From a virus (lineage: Duplodnaviria; Caudoviricetes), in the IMG/VR virus record IMGVR_UViG_3300044676_004445, positions 1 through 33,135 of that record: a DNA stretch of 33,135 nucleotides; one strand, written 5' to 3'. The notes beneath the pieces are model-generated. The model made no database searches. It saw only the letters and a program-made list of their open reading frames with translations, and was not told where the DNA came from. The translations under genes and the position numbers were made by a program. Below are positions 26,616 through 33,135 of this stretch, piece by piece. The number at the start of each line of letters is the position of its first letter. Positions within the stretch are counted from its first letter, which is position 1.

Positions 26616-27322
26616 TGGCACGCTACATCGGATACGACAAAACAGCACGCATGAAAATGGCTGGCCTCGAAAAGCTGGTTGACCTGCTGGAAGCCGAGTT
26701 CGGTTTGTGGAATAACGGCACATACGGTGTCCGCAAAAAGCGTGGCAAAAACTCTTACAGCGTTCACGCAACAGGCCGTGCCGCCGACCTTTCTTGGCGT
26801 GGAGGCAAGTACCGTGGCTCAGGCAACTATGAGGATGCTGTCCGCATGATGGATTTCCTCGTAGAAAACGCTGCCGTACTTGATATCCAAGCCGTGTTCG
26901 ATTATTACCCGAAGCCGTGGGGTCGTGGCTGGAAGTGTGACCGTAACGGGTGGCGGGTGTATAACCGTAAAGCGTTCTCTGGTTCACCTGGCGGTGATTG
27001 GGTACACGTCGAGATCGGATTGAAATTCTGTCACGATCCAGACTATTACGAGCAGAAGATTGCTGAACTGTTGGGCAACAAGAAGCCTGCCCGCAAACCA
27101 GCGAAGAAAAAGACACCGGAGTATCCAGGCAAGTCGTTGCGTAAAGGCTCACAGGGCGACGACGTGAAACTCGTACAAGGTGTTGTTGGTGCAACCCAAG
27201 ACGGCGACTTCGGTCCGAAGACCGAGAAGTCCGTGAAGGCTTGGCAGAAAAAGAACGCAGATTGCTGTGGTCCAAGTGACGGGATTGTCGGTCCTAAAAC
27301 TTGGGGCTGCATGTTTGGCTGA
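26615..27322 (+). CDS. endolysin: Zn-peptidase (M15-like) domain plus peptidoglycan-binding domain, 235 aa
   Basis: SVHATGRAADL...DWVHVE (H-x6-D...H); LRKGSQGDDVKLVQ...DGDFGPKTE..VKAWQ...DGIVGPKTW. Confidence 0.88.
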   Translation: MARYIGYDKTARMKMAGLEKLVDLLEAEFGLWNNGTYGVRKKRGKNSYSVHATGRAADLSWRGGKYRGSGNYEDAVRMMDFLVENAAVLDIQAVFDYYPKPWGRGWKCDRNGWRVYNRKAFSGSPGGDWVHVEIGLKFCHDPDYYEQKIAELLGNKKPARKPAKKKTPEYPGKSLRKGSQGDDVKLVQGVVGATQDGDFGPKTEKSVKAWQKKNADCCGPSDGIVGPKTWGCMFG

Positions 27323-27324
27323 CG

Positions 27325-28464
27325 GTGCGCCGTGGCCTTCTTACTTGCAGCCAGCTAGGTTTCGTCGGCCTATTCTTCCTGTGCCTACTGGCACCCTTCC
27401 AGGCGTACGCCGATTCGCTCACAATTACCGAAGAAACCGACGTCTACTTCACGCTCGACGAGCAAAGCCTTGTCATCATCTACGGCAACAGCAACGAAAA
27501 CTGTGAGAACGTCACGACCGACCCGTACCTGTGGCTGTACGACGACAACCCTGAATCAACCGGCGAACTGATCGCACAAGACGACGACAGCAACCACGGA
27601 CAAGGACAGTGCGTATCCGCAAAGCTGTACGTCACACTCGAGGCTGGCGACTACCGTTTACGCGCAGGCTACTGCTGCCAACAACTAGGAACAGGCAACA
27701 CGCCTAGTTGGGGAGACGGATCCTACGAGCTGGTGTCTGAGATATTGTTGTCCACAGATACCACTACATCTAGTACCACGACGAGTAGCACAACCACTAC
27801 ATCTAGTACCACGACAACAACGGAGCCGCTGCCATCAACAACAACATTGAGCACTACGTCAACCACGCCATCAACCACGGTATTGGTGGCCCCATCTACA
27901 ACTTCCACCACGACAACCACCACATCGTCAACAACGACGACATCTGTACCGGCACCGACGACTGTCCCAACTACGACGACGACCACCGTCGCTACTTCCA
28001 CAACAACTACGAGCACGACAACTACTACGTTGTTACCGACGACAACATCGTCATCGACAACAACGGTCGCACCTACCACGACGACTTCAACTATCCCACC
28101 GACTACAAGTACGACAAGCACAACAGTCGCTCAGACGACCACGACGACAACGCTCCCCCCAACGACTACCACGTCGAATACGACTACGTCGTCCACCACG
28201 ACGGCTGTTCCCACCACATCAACGACAACGATTCCTGCCGTCACAACCACAACCCTTCCCCCACCACCACCAAATGACGCACCCGTAGAACAAAAAGAAA
28301 CGTTCGAAAAACAAGTCGACGTCTACTCAACGCCTGGCTACGACGACTATGTGCCAGCCGGATCAACAATCAGCGTGGAGACTCGAAGGACGGTCATTGC
28401 TGCGACTGCTACAATAGTATCTGCCGTACCTACTATCCCAGCTCGCCGGAGGACCCGACGATGA
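27325..28464 (+). CDS. secreted/membrane-anchored protein with a PPC-like domain and a long Thr-rich stalk (start GTG 27325 or TTG 27301)
   Basis: Signal peptide ending AYA; DPYLWLYD...LIAQDDDS...LEAGDY domain; ~170-aa Thr/Ser/Pro tract; weakly hydrophobic segment plus RRRTRR tail. Confidence 0.75.
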   Translation: MRRGLLTCSQLGFVGLFFLCLLAPFQAYADSLTITEETDVYFTLDEQSLVIIYGNSNENCENVTTDPYLWLYDDNPESTGELIAQDDDSNHGQGQCVSAKLYVTLEAGDYRLRAGYCCQQLGTGNTPSWGDGSYELVSEILLSTDTTTSSTTTSSTTTTSSTTTTTEPLPSTTTLSTTSTTPSTTVLVAPSTTSTTTTTTSSTTTTSVPAPTTVPTTTTTTVATSTTTTSTTTTTLLPTTTSSSTTTVAPTTTTSTIPPTTSTTSTTVAQTTTTTTLPPTTTTSNTTTSSTTTAVPTTSTTTIPAVTTTTLPPPPPNDAPVEQKETFEKQVDVYSTPGYDDYVPAGSTISVETRRTVIAATATIVSAVPTIPARRRTRR

Positions 28465-28631
28465 AACATTATTTTGTCCTCGCCTGCGAGATCTTGGTGA
28501 TGGTGTGCGGTTTAGCCTTAGTCGTCATAACTCTCAGCGGGCAAACGAAGGACTACGCCATCGCTCTATCGGTAGCAAGTGTTATATTCTTTGCCTTATC
28601 CCAGTTGTTCTCACCAAAGGAAGACAAATGA
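28461..28631 (+). CDS. two-TM membrane protein, 56 aa (MKHYFVLACEILVMVCGLALVVITLSGQTKDYAIALSVASVIFFALSQLFSPKEDK)
   Basis: Translated by hand; GGAGG RBS; ATGA overlaps at both ends. Confidence 0.72.
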   Translation: MKHYFVLACEILVMVCGLALVVITLSGQTKDYAIALSVASVIFFALSQLFSPKEDK

Positions 28632-28846
28632 TTGCAAAAGTAGCCAAGCGACTCGTCGCAACTTTCATCGCTGCAGGCGTCCCCAACGTTCTCGCTGGAG
28701 CAATCGTCGATGTGGCAGTGTGGAAATCAGCTGTCATGGCCGGAGCTATCGCTGCCCTCGGCGCAGTACAGACTCTCGCCGTTGCTTACAAGGCCGATGG
28801 CGAACTGACCGACGAAGACGTTGAGTCAGCGTTCGGCGACAAGTAA
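28628..28846 (+). CDS. putative holin, 72 aa
   Basis: AAGGA RBS; two hydrophobic segments, acidic C-terminus (DGELTDEDVESAF); in the lysis region. Confidence 0.6.
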   Translation: MIAKVAKRLVATFIAAGVPNVLAGAIVDVAVWKSAVMAGAIAALGAVQTLAVAYKADGELTDEDVESAFGDK

Positions 28847-28860
28847 CAATCAGGTGACAA

Positions 28861-29058
28861 ATGCCAACCTGGCTGACAATCCTTCTCGCTGTGTTGGCAC
28901 CGGGTGGTATTCTCGTCACCCTCATCCAATTAAAAAAAGAAAATGCGAGAGATCACGCCGTTAATTCAGCGAAGCTCGATCGGGTTATTGAGGTAAGCGA
29001 AGACACAAGAGAACGCCTCAACGACCACATCGACTACCACTTGAAACACGGTCGCTGA
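28861..29058 (+). CDS. single-TM coiled-coil membrane protein (lysis-associated), 65 aa
   Basis: N-terminal TM segment, then ENARDH...RLNDHIDYH. Confidence 0.65.
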   Translation: MPTWLTILLAVLAPGGILVTLIQLKKENARDHAVNSAKLDRVIEVSEDTRERLNDHIDYHLKHGR

Positions 29059-29082
29059 CTCTCCCCGAGAGAAAGGCGAACT

Positions 29083-29247
29083 GTGCCTGCAAGTGATATC
29101 CCACTTTTGATTTCATTTTTGACTAGAGTTGTTCCTCGAGGACCACATGAAGCAGCCCAATTGGACGGCCTCATGTCACGGTTAGAGGAGGAACATGGGA
29201 CTCGCAGAACAGTTACGACATCCACCAGCAGGGGAAAATCACGTTAA
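29083..29247 (+). CDS. hypothetical protein, 54 aa (MPASDIPLLISFLTRVVPRGPHEAAQLDGLMSRLEEE...)
   Basis: GAAAGG RBS before GTG 29083; fills the gap; translated by hand. Confidence 0.5.
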   Translation: MPASDIPLLISFLTRVVPRGPHEAAQLDGLMSRLEEEHGTRRTVTTSTSRGKSR

Positions 29248-29476
29248 GTGCAGCGTCCGCCTGCTACGAGAAACACTTGAAGGCGAAGACCTCAATGTCT
29301 TAGATGACACGATGGCAAAAATCGCCTCAATAGAAGGTAGCCAACGACGCAACGGCAAGACAGGCATGACCGTCACATGGCTCGTCAAAATACTTACCGA
29401 AAACGGACACAAAATGTCCAAGTCAGTAATGAACCGTCATCTCAACGGGGAGTGCAACTGTGGCTCTTTCGGATGA
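29195..29476 (+). CDS. hypothetical Zn-binding/HTH-like protein, 93 aa
   Basis: GAGGAGG RBS; N-terminal Cys and C-terminal RHLNGECNC. Confidence 0.7.
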   Translation: MGLAEQLRHPPAGENHVKCSVRLLRETLEGEDLNVLDDTMAKIASIEGSQRRNGKTGMTVTWLVKILTENGHKMSKSVMNRHLNGECNCGSFG

Positions 29477-30632
29477 CATCAAAGCGGGTCCGCCTCCCGC
29501 CAAAAAAGAAGTCCTCGGCAAGATTGCTCACCTGCTTGAACGCAACGGGATCGACGTCGAAGAGGTCGGCAAGATCACCCGTGTCAACGTATGGCAAGGG
29601 TTCTATAAAGACGACGAAGGCGAAGCTCACACGGTCGACATGGCCGGCCTGTCATTCTCCCCGTCATGGGAAGACGGACCCGAATGGGATCCGGTCAGCC
29701 AAGCACCACCCGTCAAATGCTCTGTACGCCCCCTCAAAGGCGTTGTACGCCCCGAAACATACAAGTGCGCTGTCATTGTGCCCGACATCCAAATCGGCTA
29801 CTACAGGGACGTACACGGCGAGCTTATTCCGACGCACGACGAAGACGCGATTGCCCTGTGCCTGCAAGTCATGCGTGAAATCAACCCCGACAAAGTTGTG
29901 TTGGTCGGCGACAACCTCGATCTGCCCACGATGGGGAAATACCGTCTGAGTCCCTCGTTTGTAAACACCACTCAAGCATCGATTGACAGAGCAGCAAAAC
30001 TTGCTGCCGAACTACGAGCTTGCGCTCCGAACGCAGAAATCCAGTGGCTCGCCGGAAACCACGAAGAAAGGCTCGTCAACTATGTCCTTGACAACGCGTC
30101 AGCGGCGTTTGGAATACGGAGAGGTAACAGCCCTGATTCTTGGCCTGTTATCAGCGTTCCTTATCTTTGTCGTTTCGATGACCATGATGTTGAGTTTGTT
30201 CCTGGTTACCCGACATCCACTGTATGGATCAACGAAAAACTCAAAGTCATACACGGCAACAAAGTTAATTCGCAAGGCGTTACGGCCACGAAATATCTCA
30301 ACGACTCCAAAGTTTCTGTCCTTTACGGGCATATCCACAGGCGTGAATGGGCTGAACGTACCCGACAAGACTGGGACGGAGCTAAAACCATTATGGCCGC
30401 ATCCCCTGGCACGCTCGCGCGAACGGACGGCGCAGTTCCTTCTACACGGGGAGCCGTGGACTTGGACGGACGACCAATTCTCCAAAAAGGTTTGGAAGAC
30501 TGGCAACAAGGATTCGGAGTAGTCACCTACCAAGAAGGCGACGGAGATTTCTGGTACGAACAAATCCCAATTCACCACAAACAGTGCTTCTGGCGTGGCA
30601 AACTGTATACCTATGGCACCACCGAAGGTTAA
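29460..30632 (+). CDS. calcineurin-like metallophosphoesterase, 390 aa
   Basis: PDIQ, GDNLD, GNHE, IHG and GHIHR motifs. Confidence 0.88.
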   Translation: MALSDDIKAGPPPAKKEVLGKIAHLLERNGIDVEEVGKITRVNVWQGFYKDDEGEAHTVDMAGLSFSPSWEDGPEWDPVSQAPPVKCSVRPLKGVVRPETYKCAVIVPDIQIGYYRDVHGELIPTHDEDAIALCLQVMREINPDKVVLVGDNLDLPTMGKYRLSPSFVNTTQASIDRAAKLAAELRACAPNAEIQWLAGNHEERLVNYVLDNASAAFGIRRGNSPDSWPVISVPYLCRFDDHDVEFVPGYPTSTVWINEKLKVIHGNKVNSQGVTATKYLNDSKVSVLYGHIHRREWAERTRQDWDGAKTIMAASPGTLARTDGAVPSTRGAVDLDGRPILQKGLEDWQQGFGVVTYQEGDGDFWYEQIPIHHKQCFWRGKLYTYGTTEG

Positions 30633-30876
30633 AAGCCCGAAACGATCAGCCAAGTATTATCGAGAGAACGCTGACGCCCGACGCAAGAAGGCTGCGTACG
30701 ACACCAAATACCAGTCAAGCCCAGCTGAAAAGAAAGCGAAACGGGAACGCGCCAAGTTTCGTCGAGACAAAGGCGTCATGGGTAAAGGCGGTAAAGATGC
30801 ATCGCACACCAAGTCGGGACGCATGGTTCTTGAGAACTCATCGAAGAATCGGGCGAGGAACCGGGGAAAGAAATGA
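30613..30876 (+). CDS. basic protein with a degenerate HNH-like C-terminus, 87 aa
   Basis: GKGGKDASHTK...LENSSKNRARN. Confidence 0.65.
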   Translation: MAPPKVKSPKRSAKYYRENADARRKKAAYDTKYQSSPAEKKAKRERAKFRRDKGVMGKGGKDASHTKSGRMVLENSSKNRARNRGKK

Positions 30877-30977
30877 CTGACATCGTTTACGAATGTGTCC
30901 GTTGCGGAAGCGTCGTTGTCGGCGACAAAAAATGCCCCACTTGTGGAGGCAAATTGATCCCGTACGAGCCGTTCTGA
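30873..30977 (+). CDS. 34-aa zinc-ribbon microprotein (MTDIVYECVRCGSVVVGDKKCPTCGGKLIPYEPF)
   Basis: Translated by hand; ATGA and TGATG overlaps; CxxC...CPxCG. Confidence 0.7.
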   Translation: MTDIVYECVRCGSVVVGDKKCPTCGGKLIPYEPF

Positions 30978-31291
30978 TGGGCGACATTTACGACGAAGAA
31001 GATGAAACGTGGCCTTTGGTAGTTTGCCAATGGAAAGACGCTCATGCCGGCGGAGACAGCAGTTGGACTGACACTGCGAGCTACAAAGCTGAAGAGGTGC
31101 ACGTCCTGTCAACCGGCTGGGTATGGCCGAAATGTTTAGACGGCCACCTCACATTGGTCAGCTCGACAATTGGTGCCCCGTACAACCCTGAAACGGTCGG
31201 CGACATCTTGCATATTCCTTGGGAGAACATCATTTCGTGTTTCAGCGTGATGATGCATGTACCTGTGAATTGGATGGCTGAAGACTTCTGA
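30977..31291 (+). CDS. hypothetical small beta-barrel phage protein, 104 aa
   Basis: VVCQWKDA...W...STGW...IPW..I pattern; start at the TGATG overlap. Confidence 0.7.
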   Translation: MGDIYDEEDETWPLVVCQWKDAHAGGDSSWTDTASYKAEEVHVLSTGWVWPKCLDGHLTLVSSTIGAPYNPETVGDILHIPWENIISCFSVMMHVPVNWMAEDF

Positions 31292-31349
31292 CTTGCAAAA
31301 TGTCACACCCTTCCTGTAGAACTATTCAGGTCACTACAAGGAGGTCGAC

Positions 31350-32303
31350 ATGGGGACAATCCCTAAACCAGAGCACGGCAGTTTTGAATGGCTGCAACTA
31401 CGGCACCGAGATGAAACAGGATGGCCTCGAGTCTCCGCATCCGACGCTGCATCAATCCACGCAGAGCACCGTTTCAAAACGAAGCATGCGTTAGCAGCCG
31501 AGAAACTCGCTGCAGAACCCGAGTTCACTGAAACCAACAGGGCAATGGAACGAGGCCAACGACTAGAGCACGCCATCATCGAATGGTTGTCAGCTGACGT
31601 CGGCCAGGACATCCACGAACCCGACGTCATGTACATCCGAGACTCAATGATCTCAACATTGGACGGATACATCGGCGACGACGTAGAGAACCCTGACACC
31701 ATTGTCGAAATCAAAACGTTCAACGGCAACTTTGATCCAGACAACGACTACGGCGAAACATACGGACCGTTACCTGCCTACTGGTACTGGCAAGGAGTGC
31801 AACAAGCCACCACGACAGGTGCCGGCACAGTCCTATGGGGCGTGCTGGACAGCACCCTTGACTTGAAGCATTACTGGCAGACAGTCACCGACGAAGAGAA
31901 ACAACGTCACCACGAAGCGGTCGAAGATTTCTGCAAACACATCGCTGCAGGCATCATCCCAGACGAATGGGAACACACCTACGACGACCTGATGAAATCA
32001 CAGCCGGTGCTCGACGACATACGAGACATCACCGAACACGCTTCACTTATCGGGCAACTCAAAGAAGTCAAAGCAGAGCTTCGTGAACTTGTCAAGCAAG
32101 AAGACGAACTAAAAGCATCCTTGGCGTTCGCGTTAGATGGTGCTATCGTCGGTTCTGTCAACGGTGTGGAGGTCGTCACCTGGAAACAACAGTCACGGAA
32201 CTCGTTCGATGCGAAACGGTTCGCCTCGGAACACCCTGATCTGCATAAGCAGTACACAACACCCAGCACCTTCCGGGTGCTACGAACAAAAGAGGTCAAA
32301 TAA
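31350..32303 (+). CDS. YqaJ-like (lambda exonuclease family) recombination nuclease, 317 aa
   Basis: EWLQLR, SASD, AMERGQRLE, STLDG, VEIKT, P.YWYWQ..QQ; AAGGAGG RBS. Confidence 0.9.
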   Translation: MGTIPKPEHGSFEWLQLRHRDETGWPRVSASDAASIHAEHRFKTKHALAAEKLAAEPEFTETNRAMERGQRLEHAIIEWLSADVGQDIHEPDVMYIRDSMISTLDGYIGDDVENPDTIVEIKTFNGNFDPDNDYGETYGPLPAYWYWQGVQQATTTGAGTVLWGVLDSTLDLKHYWQTVTDEEKQRHHEAVEDFCKHIAAGIIPDEWEHTYDDLMKSQPVLDDIRDITEHASLIGQLKEVKAELRELVKQEDELKASLAFALDGAIVGSVNGVEVVTWKQQSRNSFDAKRFASEHPDLHKQYTTPSTFRVLRTKEVK

Positions 32304-32947
32304 TGGAAGACGCAAACGCTGAGAAACTACGCCTTGTCTTAGACAAGTACGCAGTGCCCGATCCGAAGATCGTCGGCAAACTACCAAGAGGAAACATCCA
32401 GCTCGACTACGTCGGTCATGCTGAGATCACTCGCATCCTGACAGAGATCGACCCGCTATGGAAGTTGGAACCGTTGAAGATCGACGACGACGGTTTACCT
32501 GGCTACCGAGTGGAGAACGGTATGGCGCACATGATGGGCGCACTCACCCTGCTCGGCCACACCCGCCTCGGAGTCGGCTCCGCACCACACAACAAGCAAG
32601 ACTTGTTCAAAGAGTTGTGGTCGGATCTGATAAGGAATTGCAGCATGAGGTTCGGCATAGCCGTCAGTCTCTGGTCCAAGGAAGAATGGGGTGGAGACAC
32701 TGCCCCCGCTCCAGCACCGAAGAAGAAGGCCCCAGCAAAAAAGCCACAGGCTACGTCAAGCAAACCGATTGCTGGAGACAACCTTGCCGACCAGCAAATC
32801 ATCGACAAATTTATTAGCGCATGCAAAGGCGCAGGACTCAACCCACAAGATGTTTGCGAACACGCAACCGTAAAAGATTTCAAGACAGCAACCCTCGCAG
32901 ACCTTGATCGTCTGCGCGCATCCTTCAAGGAGCTCATCTCAAAATGA
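32303..32947 (+). CDS. Sak/Rad52-like single-strand annealing protein, 214 aa
   Basis: LDYVGHAEIT..L..IDP.W...LTLLG.TR.GVG...KE..SD..RN..MRFGI...LW; lies between the exonuclease and SSB. Confidence 0.8.
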   Translation: MEDANAEKLRLVLDKYAVPDPKIVGKLPRGNIQLDYVGHAEITRILTEIDPLWKLEPLKIDDDGLPGYRVENGMAHMMGALTLLGHTRLGVGSAPHNKQDLFKELWSDLIRNCSMRFGIAVSLWSKEEWGGDTAPAPAPKKKAPAKKPQATSSKPIAGDNLADQQIIDKFISACKGAGLNPQDVCEHATVKDFKTATLADLDRLRASFKELISK

Positions 32948-33135
32948 ACAACATCACAGTCACAGGCAACGTCGGACGCGACCCAGAACTCAAGTTCTCT
33001 CAATCCGGCCTAGCAATCCTCAAATTCTCTGTTGGCGACACCAGCGGACGAGACGAAAACAAGAAAACCCAATGGTGGAACATCGTCTGCTTCGGTGACC
33101 TCGGAGAAAACGTCGCTGCAAGCATCAGCAAAGGC
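32944..33135 (+). CDS. ssb: single-stranded DNA-binding protein (truncated by the window end)
   Basis: MNNITVTGNVGRDPELKFSQSGLAILKFSVG...TQWWNIVCFGDLGENVAASISKG; ATGA overlap. Confidence 0.92.
   Translation, partial: MNNITVTGNVGRDPELKFSQSGLAILKFSVGDTSGRDENKKTQWWNIVCFGDLGENVAASISKG

Noticed and set aside
27723-28121. Val-rich 132-aa minus-strand ORF that looks like a membrane protein
   Set aside because: It is the antisense mirror of the Thr (ACN) codons in the mucin-like gene
28407-28415. TGCTACAAT extended -10 match
   Set aside because: Lies within coding sequence (ATI codons) and the downstream gene is already translationally coupled; may be chance
28930-28944. A-run (TTAAAAAAAGAAAAT) as a programmed frameshift site
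   Set aside because: The ORF reads through sensibly as LKKEN, and I saw no supporting alternative-frame product or stimulatory structure
1-33135. tRNA genes, integrase, DNA polymerase
   Set aside because: None recognised in this window; the genome is incomplete at the right end, so absence is not established

Overview
Most of the genome of a tailed dsDNA phage with a podovirus-type layout. There is no tape-measure, sheath or tail-tube gene; instead there are large internal/ejection proteins, an adaptor and a nozzle. A WhiB regulator points to an actinobacterial host. The left arm (minus strand) carries a replication initiator containing iterons and a perfect DnaA box, WhiB, and a DpdA/TGT-like deazaguanine DNA-modification enzyme. 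The plus strand runs: HTH-fused large terminase, portal, four probable ejection proteins, scaffold, major capsid, an accessory fibre cassette, four tiny Lys-rich ORFs, adaptor, nozzle, main tail fibre, a lysis region with a mucin-like secreted protein, a metallophosphoesterase, and a YqaJ/Sak/SSB recombination module truncated at the window end. The strongest candidate for an undescribed system is the cassette at 16578-21144. It encodes three fibre paralogues with a shared N-terminal anchor, each with a different folding helper. It also encodes a 'hub' protein with exactly three Tyr-triad motifs, ten ~20-aa repeats, and a C-terminal domain that is duplicated as the next gene. All family assignments come from motif recognition by eye; no database searches were run.
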